IMG/VR virus record: IMGVR_UViG_3300034045_000104
Source: a virus
Lineage: Duplodnaviria; Heunggongvirae; Uroviricota; Caudoviricetes
Direction: 5' to 3' (one strand)
Length of the DNA: 64,000 bases
The notes under the pieces: generated by a model
Told to the model about the DNA's origin: nothing
The model's input: the letters and a program-made list of their open reading frames with translations, nothing else
Databases searched by the model: none
In this document: one piece after another, positions 29,214-39,038 of the stretch
Layout of the letters: every line of letters begins with the position of its first letter
How positions within the stretch are numbered: the first letter of the stretch is position 1
Translations under genes and position numbers: made by a program

Positions 29214-29726
29214 TTAAGATATTATATGAATGCCAAGAATCCGCATCAAATGCAAGGCTTGAGATTTAGCATCATTCAAAGCATTATGCTTTTCCCCATA
29301 CATTTCAAATTCTTCATCAAGCATCAACTTACAAGCAGTTCGATAACAACAATTATTATGATAGTCCCAAGGAACAACTAACCCCAATTGTTCATAGGAG
29401 TTTCTTAGTATTACGTTGTCAAAATCAGCGCCATTACCCCACAACTCATCAATATCTCCAGCCCAAACAGAAAACTCAACCAAGGCATCCTTAAGGCTCT
29501 TAGGTTTATCAAATAAAGCATTGCGAACACAATCATTTTGCTCCATCCAAAATTGGATACACTTACCATCAATTTGCGAACCTGATTCTAAAGAGCTGCT
29601 CAAATCCACATTAATATAAAATTCATCAAGAACGTTCGTTGAATCAAATTTCACAGCTCCGATTGAAACAATAGCGGCATTACTCTTTGTGCTAAAAGTC
29701 TCCAAGTCCAACATTATTTTATTCAT
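29214..29726 (-). CDS. DEDDh-family 3'-5' exonuclease (DnaQ/epsilon-like)
   Basis: Exo I MLDLETFS (DxE), Exo II WGNGADFD, Exo III HNALNDA (H-x4-D). Confidence 0.6.
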   Translation of the reverse strand: MNKIMLDLETFSTKSNAAIVSIGAVKFDSTNVLDEFYINVDLSSSLESGSQIDGKCIQFWMEQNDCVRNALFDKPKSLKDALVEFSVWAGDIDELWGNGADFDNVILRNSYEQLGLVVPWDYHNNCCYRTACKLMLDEEFEMYGEKHNALNDAKSQALHLMRILGIHIIS

Positions 29727-29776
29727 TCACATTACCAAATTAAGATAATAGAATTATATACAAACGATGATTTGAA

Positions 29777-30625
29777 TTATGAAGCCCTGGCTATTGGTTC
29801 CCAATTTTCCAGATCCTCTTTAACTGCATCAAACTGAAAACCCCTGACTCTCCTTAACCCTGAAACATTATAAGTGGTTTTAAGATATTCCAGAAAATAA
29901 ATCCTATCAGGCAATTTAAGAAATATAGCATTTAACTCTTTTACCTTTTTAGGTGTTAACACATCCCATTCTTCATCTGTATATTCATGCAACTCACCAG
30001 AATAGCACTCAGGCATATCTACAAACACATTAAGAACACTGCCAGCCAATACATCTTTTTTAGCTTTAGTGGTGGCAGCAAACACACACTTATCAATGGT
30101 TAGCTGAGTATCTTTAATACTACAAGAAACAACCAATGATGGTTTCGATGCAACAGTAATATTTCCACCCAATTTATGCGAAATATTCATATTTACTTGT
30201 ATTTGCTTCAAACCAGTTTTTTCATCAACTTTTGATTCAATGCTCGTAAAGCTAAAGTATAAATCATGTTCAACTAATTTTTTTACAACTGCTTTTTTTA
30301 CATCTTGATATCTTGTGTGATAAACCAATTCAGGCCTTCCTTTTGCCACGTACTCCAATCTAGCACTACATGGCACAATCAATGGATTTGCATTAAAATC
30401 AAGGATCGCTTGATTAAGTGCCATTTTTTGAACCTGGCTGACCTGGTGAACGCTATACTCTTTTTTCTTCATTAACTGATTAATGATAGATTCATAGTTC
30501 ATCGGGCCACAATCATCAGTTGTAGCAACATCGTCCAATACAGGCACAGCTGCAAATTTTGGTTTACTAGGACCACGATAATATTTCTTACCACGATACT
30601 TTCTATTATTTTTTGATTTTGGCAT
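29777..30625 (-). CDS. hypothetical protein with basic N-terminus
   Basis: 282-aa ORF beginning MPKSKNNRKYRGKKYYRGPSKPK. Confidence 0.4.
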   Translation of the reverse strand: MPKSKNNRKYRGKKYYRGPSKPKFAAVPVLDDVATTDDCGPMNYESIINQLMKKKEYSVHQVSQVQKMALNQAILDFNANPLIVPCSARLEYVAKGRPELVYHTRYQDVKKAVVKKLVEHDLYFSFTSIESKVDEKTGLKQIQVNMNISHKLGGNITVASKPSLVVSCSIKDTQLTIDKCVFAATTKAKKDVLAGSVLNVFVDMPECYSGELHEYTDEEWDVLTPKKVKELNAIFLKLPDRIYFLEYLKTTYNVSGLRRVRGFQFDAVKEDLENWEPIARAS

Positions 30626-30652
30626 AACTTACTCCTATTTATTCAACATCAA

Positions 30653-30934
30653 CTAACTACAAACAAGCGTTTGTTCTAACTCATCTTCACTAAGAACCTC
30701 AAAAGGGTGCTTCATTTTTTCATTGTCCCATGAAACACAACACGTTCTCTTAACTCCGAAAGCCTTAAGCTCTAACTCTTTTTTTCTAACATCAATGATT
30801 TTATAAAAATCATTAGATTTTATAGATCCCTTTAATTCCTCAACATCAGTTGCAAATCGGACCCATTTTCCAATACTGGACTTAATAACACTTATTGACT
30901 CACAAACCTTGTTACCGACCACAACGACCTCCAA
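30653..30934 (-). CDS. hypothetical protein
   Basis: 93-aa ORF. Confidence 0.35.
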   Translation of the reverse strand: MEVVVVGNKVCESISVIKSSIGKWVRFATDVEELKGSIKSNDFYKIIDVRKKELELKAFGVKRTCCVSWDNEKMKHPFEVLSEDELEQTLVCS

Positions 30935-30970
30935 AACTATTTATTAACGAATTATAATGAGGCGTTAATA

Positions 30971-31165
30971 TCACAAATCAGAAACACCAGTAAGTGCATA
31001 TTCATCAATCCAATTCTCGCCACATGACTCACACTCGCACTCACTAGTTGCACCCATAGATTCTGCCTGAATACGCCCAGCACTTATGTCTTCAGATTTA
31101 CAAAAAGGGCAACAACTTGGAGCTACCAGATAACTTGCTTTTTGCTTACTTGTTAATATACCCAT
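30971..31165 (-). CDS. small Cys-rich zinc-ribbon-like protein
   Basis: CCPFC...CECESC pattern in a 64-aa ORF. Confidence 0.35.
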   Translation of the reverse strand: MGILTSKQKASYLVAPSCCPFCKSEDISAGRIQAESMGATSECECESCGENWIDEYALTGVSDL

Positions 31166-31296
31166 TTATTTCTCTACTACAGTTCAGTTTATACATTTTA
31201 TAGATGCTAAAAAAAAAGCAGACCATTACAGCCCGCTTTAAAGGATCACTTTTTATTATTATTATCGACCCACACCCACTAAAATTATTATTATTA

Positions 31297-31512
31297 TTAT
31301 TTATCTTCCTTTATACAAAACCTATAAATCACCAAAAACAAATTCAGCACATTTATAATAACGTCCACAGTACTTGCCACCAAGCCCTGTGATCCAACCA
31401 ACCCAGAAACATCCTTTAATCGCTGTATATCATCAGCACTTAATTCAATCTCTATTTGCTCCAATCCATCAGGCACATTACTTTCAATTACATCCAATGC
31501 AAACATTTGCAT
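31297..31512 (-). CDS. hypothetical acidic protein
   Basis: 71-aa ORF. Confidence 0.3.
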   Translation of the reverse strand: MQMFALDVIESNVPDGLEQIEIELSADDIQRLKDVSGLVGSQGLVASTVDVIINVLNLFLVIYRFCIKEDK

Positions 31513-31583
31513 AAAATATCACCTGTTTAACCTAAAAAACATATTATAGACCGACTATTAATTCAGAATAAAGCCATTAAAAA

Positions 31584-32399
31584 TCAATCCTTAAGGGTTT
31601 TAACCAGAGGTATGCCATTAGCTCCTGATGGTATGTATACGGTTGTATGATTAGGGGAATCCGCCATAGCTCTCTGAGCCAAAATCGCTTCATGCTGGAG
31701 GTACTTTAAAGAGAGGGTAGAGTTAATAATCTTCTGTGCTTCAGCAATACCACGAGCTTCTTCAATTCTGATTTCAGCATCCTTTTTAGCAATTTGTCTT
31801 TGAGTTTCTTTTTCATCGAGCAATTGTTTGGCTGCTAACTTTTTTTCAACCGCTTGGGTCACTACTTTCGGATAATCAATGTTTCCTACAACTCCAGATA
31901 TTGCAACAAAAGGCGTTCCTTTTAAATACCCTCTAAGTTCCACCATAACAGCTTCTGCTATTTCACTGCGCATTTCCTTAACTTGTCTTGAATCTAGTTT
32001 TTGGACATGTTTTCTGACCATCGCACGCAAAGGCTCTCTGATAAATCTGGGATAAAAATTCAATCCAGCATATTCCTCAACAACATCCTTAATCGCACCT
32101 TTCTTGACTTTTATAATGGATTGAAACCTAAAATAAATATTCAGCTCATCTTTTGCTAAAATATTAAATTCCTCAGGATAGGTCTGGGGACGAATATCAA
32201 TGTTCAAAACTTCATTACGGTATAAACTTACACCATAGTTTGAAGGCCCGGTCATAACCCCTCGAAAACCACCTGTGCCAAACATTCTTGGATTCTCAAT
32301 CACATATCCTTCAGATCCTGGAGGCGTCATTGGATTACTACACGCTCCCAAACTAAATAAACCCACAAGAACCAAAATTCTTAAAATTACTTTTTTCAT
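31584..32399 (-). CDS. SPFH/Band-7 (prohibitin/HflC-like) family lipoprotein
   Basis: Signal and lipobox LFSLGAC. The central region (...YPRFIREPLRAMVRKHV...VAISGVVGNIDYPKVVTQAVEKKLAAKQLLDEKETQRQIAKKDAEIRIEEARG...) is typical of the SPFH domain and its coiled-coil tail. Confidence 0.6.
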   Translation of the reverse strand: MKKVILRILVLVGLFSLGACSNPMTPPGSEGYVIENPRMFGTGGFRGVMTGPSNYGVSLYRNEVLNIDIRPQTYPEEFNILAKDELNIYFRFQSIIKVKKGAIKDVVEEYAGLNFYPRFIREPLRAMVRKHVQKLDSRQVKEMRSEIAEAVMVELRGYLKGTPFVAISGVVGNIDYPKVVTQAVEKKLAAKQLLDEKETQRQIAKKDAEIRIEEARGIAEAQKIINSTLSLKYLQHEAILAQRAMADSPNHTTVYIPSGANGIPLVKTLKD

Positions 32400-32444
32400 A
32401 TTTACACCCCTACTTTACATTAATAAAAATCAAATTAATTTATT

Positions 32445-32687
32445 TTAACTTGAAAAACCTACCATAGCACCGGCAATCAAAGCCGCTGCCTGACCAGAAC
32501 TCAACGAACACGTTCTTGGTTCATTAGCTCGCTTAATAGCCCTCTGCAACCTCTGTTGCGCCTCATCTAAACGAACTTGGGCACGCCTTATATCTTCCTT
32601 GGCAGACAAAACCCTTTTTTCAAGCATCCCAATCATCCTAATTTGATTAGAACTACCAACCTTTTCAACATTCACTTTCATGGCCAC
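32445..32687 (-). CDS. hypothetical protein
   Basis: 80-aa ORF with coiled-coil-like content. Confidence 0.3.
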   Translation of the reverse strand: MAMKVNVEKVGSSNQIRMIGMLEKRVLSAKEDIRRAQVRLDEAQQRLQRAIKRANEPRTCSLSSGQAAALIAGAMVGFSS

Positions 32688-32741
32688 AACCTTCTCCTAA
32701 AATCATAAAGAACAATAATCCATTGTAATAACACTAAATAC

Positions 32742-33098
32742 TTAACAAATATATTTCCTTTGGGTCTTATCTGCAACCTGTACATCTAAACCAATTTTAG
32801 AAGCATCAGCTTTACCGTTTTTATATGCATCAAATTGCTCTTTACTTACAAGTTTACGCGACTGCACTTTAGACTCCTGCATCCCAAAATGCACCTCAAC
32901 AAGCTCCTTTTTAATTACAACCAAATCTGTTCCCGTTAACGATTCCAAATCCGCCTTGCGCTTTTCCATTTCCTCCTCAATACGGCGATTTAACTCAACA
33001 GCAGCTCCACACTTATAACTATTAGCCATCACACCCTTGTAACCACCTTCCTTACGTAATCTCTCAACCGTTTCAACCAAATACTCATGGGTATACAA
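32742..33098 (-). CDS. hypothetical protein
   Basis: 118-aa ORF. Confidence 0.35.
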   Translation of the reverse strand: MYTHEYLVETVERLRKEGGYKGVMANSYKCGAAVELNRRIEEEMEKRKADLESLTGTDLVVIKKELVEVHFGMQESKVQSRKLVSKEQFDAYKNGKADASKIGLDVQVADKTQRKYIC

Positions 33099-33141
33099 AG
33101 CAATAATTGCATCGGCCTCAAACCCCTTAAACTCAACAACC

Positions 33142-33429
33142 CTAGACCTTCCAGGCCCACAAACACCCTACTAATCCACAAACACAATCATTCCACTTAG
33201 CAACTATAAGTGCTATTGACTGAATCCAAACTGGCCAACGCGCTTTAGCAGTTGAATTAGAAGACGTGCCAAAGGATGTCTTTTCTCCGATGTCAGATTC
33301 TTCTATCTGGTGCTTATCCATTAAAGACCTAGCCATTTTTGCAGCAACAACGGCTTCTTTAGGAGAGCCAGCACAATTAGCCATTGCCAATAGCTTGCGA
33401 ATCTTATCAATTACTTTCTTATTACCCAT
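33142..33429 (-). CDS. hypothetical protein
   Basis: 95-aa ORF. Confidence 0.3.
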   Translation of the reverse strand: MGNKKVIDKIRKLLAMANCAGSPKEAVVAAKMARSLMDKHQIEESDIGEKTSFGTSSNSTAKARWPVWIQSIALIVAKWNDCVCGLVGCLWAWKV

Positions 33430-33718
33430 TTATCAACGCCTCTATAAAATTAACATTATCTTTTAAATATTCCTTTAAATAAGCCAAAGTTCGACCTTTT
33501 AAAAACTCCAGTCCAAATGGTGCATCAATCACCTTTTGAGCTTTAGAGATACCGTTATACACTAAATCAGTAATAACAAAGTGAAGAGGATAGAAGAACC
33601 ATCTTGAACCCATATCACCACTTAAATCCCAAACATCATCTTTGGTATGGTTTTTATTTCCACCTTCAATCTGATAATCATCTCCATCTGGTGTAACTAG
33701 TAACAACTTATACGACAT
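33422..33718 (-). CDS. hypothetical protein
   Basis: 98-aa ORF with an 8-bp overlap to the downstream gene. Confidence 0.35.
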   Translation of the reverse strand: MSYKLLLVTPDGDDYQIEGGNKNHTKDDVWDLSGDMGSRWFFYPLHFVITDLVYNGISKAQKVIDAPFGLEFLKGRTLAYLKEYLKDNVNFIEALING

Positions 33719-33773
33719 CTCATCACCTTAATATTTTAATTAAGACATTATAATTTTGCTAAAAATACACAAA

Positions 33774-34538
33774 TCAGGCCACCTTTAATTTAATTGATTC
33801 TATTTCACACATTAACCCACATGAAATATTTGGTTCTTTCAATATATTCCCTGCATTCGGTTCTAATTCATCTAAATATATAGATACTCTGCCATGTTTT
33901 GTTTCTTTTCTAATAATTGAAATACCAATATCGCGTTCCACACTGGCCATTCTATTGAAAACACTTGGAAAATGTTCCCTGATCAAGTTCCAATAACCCA
34001 TCCCGCCTTTTGGACACCCAATACAATTATTATTTAAAAATCCCAACGTATACATTACTGGAATTTCAATACCTGCCTTTTTCAACATTCCCAAACAGTC
34101 ATCTTTAGTTAACCACTTCTCAATCAATATGGTTCTAATCATTCTTTCGGGATTGTGTTCTTTGAATCTAGCAACTCTGTGCTTTTCTTCAATCGTGTAT
34201 CCAAAATACTCAACATCCCCAAACTCAATATATCTTCGTGCAACCAGCTTTTTTAGCTCAGTAGTGCATCTAGCCCCACTAGGCCCAACAAGATATTTAG
34301 TTTTACTGAATACATCCCATATATCAGTATACTTATCAGATTTTAAAATTAATATTTTCTTACCGAACCATTTCTCACAATCCTTTAAAAATCTAATATT
34401 ATCAGGATGCTCTGAACCTGTATCTTGATATATAATCTCAATATTAGGGTTTTCTTGTAGTAGTAGCTTGGTAGCAACAGCACTCGCCGCCCCACATGAG
34501 AACCAAGCTATAGTTTTATTATCATCCACAATACCCAC
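33774..34538 (-). CDS. phosphoadenosine-phosphosulfate reductase family (PP-loop ATP pyrophosphatase) protein
   Basis: PP-loop-like WFSCGAASAV near the N-terminus. The overall layout (...KILILKSDKY...C..C cluster CIGCP) resembles the PAPS reductase/DndC-like family common in phages. Confidence 0.6.
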   Translation of the reverse strand: MGIVDDNKTIAWFSCGAASAVATKLLLQENPNIEIIYQDTGSEHPDNIRFLKDCEKWFGKKILILKSDKYTDIWDVFSKTKYLVGPSGARCTTELKKLVARRYIEFGDVEYFGYTIEEKHRVARFKEHNPERMIRTILIEKWLTKDDCLGMLKKAGIEIPVMYTLGFLNNNCIGCPKGGMGYWNLIREHFPSVFNRMASVERDIGISIIRKETKHGRVSIYLDELEPNAGNILKEPNISCGLMCEIESIKLKVA

Positions 34539-34895
34539 CTATAGAAATCTAAAAGACTTAATTAATGATCCACAAACACTGCCACCACCTGTAGAATTGC
34601 TTTGCTTAATCTCAAGATGACAAGGTATCCAGCCTGTAGAGCGCCCAATGTAAAATCTAGCACTACTTCCATCATGATAAAAAACCTCAACACGCCTACC
34701 TTCATGCCCAATAAACGGCTGATACAATCCTGTTTTACTCTTAAAACCACTATTTAAATGCCGCTCCTTAACGACATTAACAACATTATTGTATTCACTT
34801 AACATCTTCATAGTGCCCCTATACTTAGAAACAACACTCAAACCAAGCTCAGTGGCCAATTTATTAAGTCGCTCATAAACAACATCAAAACCCAA
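34539..34895 (-). CDS. hypothetical protein
   Basis: 118-aa ORF abutting the PAPS-reductase-like gene with a 0-bp gap. Confidence 0.35.
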   Translation of the reverse strand: MGFDVVYERLNKLATELGLSVVSKYRGTMKMLSEYNNVVNVVKERHLNSGFKSKTGLYQPFIGHEGRRVEVFYHDGSSARFYIGRSTGWIPCHLEIKQSNSTGGGSVCGSLIKSFRFL

Positions 34896-35026
34896 ACAAC
34901 AAACAATCCTCTTCCTTTATATACATAACATCTTTTATATTTAATATATTCATATATAACTCACTTTTATTAATACAACCATTGCCTTACACCTCAAGTA
35001 TAACTCAACGAAAAACCACACAACCC

Positions 35027-35326
35027 TCAATTATTTCTGATAGCCGACTCTGCTTTTTCTATGACACCAGACTCTAGACCGCTGAACCACAAAGACCAAT
35101 AGAGTTTTGTTTCATCATTAGCATGTTCCAAGCCAATTGCCACAAGCTTCTCTATGTCTTGCTTATATGCATCAGTATCAGACATAAGCATTTCAGCTAT
35201 TGCATTATTTAAGTGATTGTGACCAGCCTGTTTTATTTGCTTTGAACCCATCATTATCTCCACGATATTTAATTTATGATTAATCATAATCACACTCAAA
35301 TTAAAAAGGTAATAACATTCACTCAC
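35027..35326 (-). CDS. hypothetical protein
   Basis: 99-aa ORF. The true start may be the internal MINHK. Confidence 0.3.
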   Translation of the reverse strand: MSECYYLFNLSVIMINHKLNIVEIMMGSKQIKQAGHNHLNNAIAEMLMSDTDAYKQDIEKLVAIGLEHANDETKLYWSLWFSGLESGVIEKAESAIRNN

Positions 35327-35443
35327 TAGCTCGAATATTTATGTATACATTAACTTTATTCCTTGCTTACAGAACAAATCAACGAGCGAGTGAGTCACAA
35401 CGCTATTTCCATACTTTCAACTGAATTTGATTTTAAGGTCAGG

Positions 35444-35755
35444 TTAGTCAGAAACACTACAACGCGGTAAAAAGCAATCCCTCAATTTAAGTTCATCACG
35501 GTCAAAACACCACTTTATCCCCAATACATCATGACGAAAATCATCAGAATTGGACGTATAGAGTTTTCTGAAATCCAATCCAATATCATGGTTATTAACC
35601 AAGGAAAGGTCCATTACAACATCCATAAACAGGTCCTCAGATACTAAACGCATTGAAACAGAGCGATTAGCACACTTAGACACAAGCTTTGCATCACCCA
35701 AACATAAATCAAAATTCTTTTCTTTCATAAAAACTCCAAAATTAAAAATAATCAC
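35444..35755 (-). CDS. hypothetical protein
   Basis: 103-aa ORF. Confidence 0.35.
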   Translation of the reverse strand: MIIFNFGVFMKEKNFDLCLGDAKLVSKCANRSVSMRLVSEDLFMDVVMDLSLVNNHDIGLDFRKLYTSNSDDFRHDVLGIKWCFDRDELKLRDCFLPRCSVSD

Positions 35756-36068
35756 TAGATATACTAGATAACCAACGATCCTTAATAGAGTCCCTTAACT
35801 TAAGTCGCCCAACATAAGCAGTAAGTCTTTTCTTGGCAGCATCCAACTCATCACGCTTGCCAATTTCAACTGCAGAATTAGGACATTTGCCAAACCCGGC
35901 AATTGATTCACGCATCATGTTAGGAGAAAACTCAACCACACAACCGCACTCAAATTCTCTTTTCTCATTCCAGTGCCCATTGATATGTTTATTTCTCCTG
36001 CTTTCAGAACAACACGGGCTCCCACAATCTGGGCACAATTTACTTGTTATATCTTTTAATAAACTCAT
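35742..36068 (-). CDS. Cys-rich zinc-finger-like protein
   Basis: 108-aa ORF carrying CPDCGSPCC...HINGHW...CGC...C. Confidence 0.35.
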   Translation of the reverse strand: MSLLKDITSKLCPDCGSPCCSESRRNKHINGHWNEKREFECGCVVEFSPNMMRESIAGFGKCPNSAVEIGKRDELDAAKKRLTAYVGRLKLRDSIKDRWLSSISSDYF

Positions 36069-36115
36069 TTTAATTCCTTCAAATAGTTAATAATTACAAT
36101 TACACTATAAACACA

Positions 36116-36829
36116 CTAAACAACAGTCTCATAATCAGCCAACATAAATGCCTTGCTATCATAAGACACGCCATTAATACGATTGACTAGAGACAAGCAA
36201 AACCTATCCTTGTAGACCTTTAACAAAGACTTGCCCTCTGGGAATGCATCACTTGCAGAATGTTTGTATATAATTTGATGTGAACACGCAGGTACAAGTA
36301 CAGAAACAAGCTTATTGCTATCTATAATTTCTACTATTGTTCTTATTTGGTTTAATACGTATGCATTTAATATCAGCTCAATAGATTCAATATGACACAA
36401 ATATTCTGAAACCGCATCCATTTCTCTTCTACCAAGAAGATAGCCAGAGATAGAGTAGGGATATTTGTCTACATCAAACAACACAAGTTGCTTTTCAAAT
36501 CCGTTAAACATAACAGTACCGCCATCTTCTTGGATATCCGAATACTCAACATAAAAGCCACTACCGTCTAAGCTACAAGTAAGCCTAAAAAACCGAGTAT
36601 GTTCATATTTAAAAAACTGGTTACGAACCACTTCATCAAAATCATTATCAGTACCACCAACGTCCGTAAGAAACTTATCCAAAATATCATAATCTTCAAT
36701 ACAAATGTCTTTAGCATCTACAACATAGATAGCACCATCATCACTAATGACGCCCTTCTGAACTAAAACCAAATTCCATTCTTCAGAATCAAAATTATCC
36801 TTATCAAAAGCATATACCTTATTACTCAC
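36116..36829 (-). CDS. hypothetical protein
   Basis: 237-aa ORF. Confidence 0.4.
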   Translation of the reverse strand: MSNKVYAFDKDNFDSEEWNLVLVQKGVISDDGAIYVVDAKDICIEDYDILDKFLTDVGGTDNDFDEVVRNQFFKYEHTRFFRLTCSLDGSGFYVEYSDIQEDGGTVMFNGFEKQLVLFDVDKYPYSISGYLLGRREMDAVSEYLCHIESIELILNAYVLNQIRTIVEIIDSNKLVSVLVPACSHQIIYKHSASDAFPEGKSLLKVYKDRFCLSLVNRINGVSYDSKAFMLADYETVV

Positions 36830-36928
36830 AACAACACCTCGAATTAAATTATTAATAAAATATTATAGCTAAAAGAGAAATCCAACAATACAGACAAGCA
36901 TAGTTGGATTTTCATTTACAATTTAGGA

Positions 36929-37207
36929 TTAAGCTCTATAAACCTCATAAGAGGTAATGGTAAAATCCTCACCGCTAGAATCACCTAATTGGATCAATGA
37001 CTTTATTGCCCTCTCATCCAATCCAAAAAAGAAAATATCCTCATCCACAAAGGTATCACCATCATCTAAGTCCAATTCTTCATAAATAAGCGATCCCTTA
37101 AAATAATCACAATCAGAATTTGCTGGTTTAAAATAACCATCAACTTGAAAAATCTTTGGCAGGGTAATATCTGTTAATTTAGGCAGCTCACTTTTCACAT
37201 CATTCAT
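36929..37207 (-). CDS. hypothetical acidic protein
   Basis: 92-aa ORF. Confidence 0.3.
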   Translation of the reverse strand: MNDVKSELPKLTDITLPKIFQVDGYFKPANSDCDYFKGSLIYEELDLDDGDTFVDEDIFFFGLDERAIKSLIQLGDSSGEDFTITSYEVYRA

Positions 37208-37287
37208 AAAACACTCCGATTAATTTATTAATTATAAAAACACTACAAAACACAATATTTATCAATGCCCGTGCATGGCATAGAAGA

Positions 37288-37806
37288 TTAATCCTTAAAA
37301 AACATCAGCTCAGATGATAAAAAATCACTAAAACAAATTCCCACAGCATCAATTAAAGATTCTGTTTCACGCTGAAAACCATCCATTGATACTTGCCACA
37401 CGCCATCCTTGAATAGAAAACCAATTTGAACTCCATCCATTCCAGTTATGGCATTTTTAGAACTAGAAATCATCTCTATAAAAGATATAGAAAGTGTAAC
37501 TATATTAATTTCAGAACAAATGTTCTGCATATGCCGTATAAACATTTTTTTTAGTGAAGTAATTTCCTTTGAGAAAAGCGACATAAGAACAATTTTACCA
37601 ATTGAATAATGATCTATGTAAGGACTTTCAGATAGAACGATAGGGACATGGCTACTTTTTGCATTTGAACCCGTACCACCCTTAACATCCAATAAAGCAC
37701 AACAATCCGCCTCGCCAGATAAATTCGTTACTGAAATATCAGAATGACAATCATTTGTAGAAATACTTAATTTATAATTATTCATATGTTTCCTCAAATA
37801 AAACAT
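37288..37806 (-). CDS. hypothetical protein
   Basis: 172-aa ORF. Confidence 0.4.
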   Translation of the reverse strand: MFYLRKHMNNYKLSISTNDCHSDISVTNLSGEADCCALLDVKGGTGSNAKSSHVPIVLSESPYIDHYSIGKIVLMSLFSKEITSLKKMFIRHMQNICSEINIVTLSISFIEMISSSKNAITGMDGVQIGFLFKDGVWQVSMDGFQRETESLIDAVGICFSDFLSSELMFFKD

Positions 37807-38012
37807 TTTAAAGAGGCTAAATAACCATGAATTAGGGCAAAATACACCAATGAATAAAAAATGGGTGAAACCAATGAAAATAAGGGGGTAAAAGAGAAAT
37901 TAGACGTTGATTTAAACAAGTCCAACCCCCACAATTAAGAGGAGAAGGGGACAATAATTTCAGTAGATTCCGAAGTCAAGCAAATGAGTCTTCTTCTTAA
38001 CTTTAAAACCTA

Positions 38013-38264
38013 TCAATTATTAGCGTTAATAACATCTTTTACCTCATGCAAGCAAAGCCAGTCCTTTAATTTAGAATAATTGCGTGGAATACTCTGCGTG
38101 ATAATAGCAAAAGCATGGCGCTCAAAGACTGGGTTAGAAAGGCTGCAGCCACTAGCAGGGGTCAAAAACGCTCCACTTGTTAGAACATATCGCTTGTTAC
38201 ACAACATGGGTTTATGTAAAGGCTCATTCTTCGCGATAATATCTTTGTCCATGAATCTCTGCAA
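38013..38264 (-). CDS. hypothetical protein
   Basis: 83-aa ORF. It overlaps the end of the hydrolase gene by 41 bp, so its coding status is uncertain. Confidence 0.25.
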   Translation of the reverse strand: MQRFMDKDIIAKNEPLHKPMLCNKRYVLTSGAFLTPASGCSLSNPVFERHAFAIITQSIPRNYSKLKDWLCLHEVKDVINANN

Positions 38265-38736
38265 GAAAAATCACTTTATCACTCTTAACCCACCAAGGAA
38301 CAATATCCGGGTCAGTGTAGGGCGCAACTTTAGTGCTATAGTACAATGTAGCCCCAACCAATTGAGAAATGAACGGGGGATTATTAGAGAGCATAAGCTT
38401 AGCTACATTAACGTCCTCAAACCAAGAATCGCGCTGGAATTTTGATTTAAGTTCTATTTCGTTAGATTTATCATCACACTGCCAAGTAAAAGCACAGCCT
38501 TTGACGTTCTTGCCTTTTTGTACTACTTGACAGATATCATTTGAATATCTGCGGTCAGCAACACGCTCTAAGACAATCTGTGATACTGCAATTTTAGATA
38601 TCAAGGCTTCACCGCCAACCTCGAAATGCACATTTACAGCAAGGCAAATTACATCTCTTGAATAAACATCATAATCACCAGACCTACAAACAGGTGAAAA
38701 CCCCACCAACAAAAAAGCAATAAAAACAAACTTCAT
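38224..38736 (-). CDS. SleB-family cell-wall hydrolase with N-terminal signal peptide (candidate endolysin)
   Basis: MKFVFIAFLLVGFSPVCRSG signal. The LAVNVHFEVGGEALISKIAVSQIVLERVADRRYSNDICQVVQKGK...AFTWQCD block matches the Hydrolase_2/SleB pattern (EARGE...QIAVAQVVLNRV...CGVV). Confidence 0.65.
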   Translation of the reverse strand: MKFVFIAFLLVGFSPVCRSGDYDVYSRDVICLAVNVHFEVGGEALISKIAVSQIVLERVADRRYSNDICQVVQKGKNVKGCAFTWQCDDKSNEIELKSKFQRDSWFEDVNVAKLMLSNNPPFISQLVGATLYYSTKVAPYTDPDIVPWWVKSDKVIFLAEIHGQRYYREE

Positions 38737-39015
38737 TTACATGCCCGGTGATGGTCCACTGCTTTGCGCCACAGGAGCAGGTGTGTTATTGTTATCCATT
38801 TCAAACGCACTATTTAAATCAGCTGCCGCCTGATTTGGATCAAATGCAACCGGCTCATTACCGGGGCTATTATGAGACAAAGTAAGCTGATGAACCATAT
38901 TGTCAACAGGTATCGTTCCTTGTCCACTAGCTCTATTGTAAAAAGCAGCTTCAATATTATCAGGTGCTTCATAAGCATCAGCAAAAGCATTTACATCTAC
39001 GTAGTTATCGGTCAT
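38737..39015 (-). CDS. hypothetical protein ending ...SGPSPGM
   Basis: 92-aa ORF. Its C-terminal GP.PGM tail resembles the tails of the two acidic paralogs upstream. Confidence 0.35.
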   Translation of the reverse strand: MTDNYVDVNAFADAYEAPDNIEAAFYNRASGQGTIPVDNMVHQLTLSHNSPGNEPVAFDPNQAAADLNSAFEMDNNNTPAPVAQSSGPSPGM

Positions 39016-39038
39016 TTTAGTTCCTCTGTGTATATATT

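Noticed and set aside
37807-38012. Possible tRNA or ncRNA in the 200-bp gap (GGGGG...CCCCC stem) and in other gaps
   Set aside because: No cloverleaf-compatible arrangement and no GTTCRANYC T-arm motif was found in this or other intergenic regions. No tRNA can be supported by eye.
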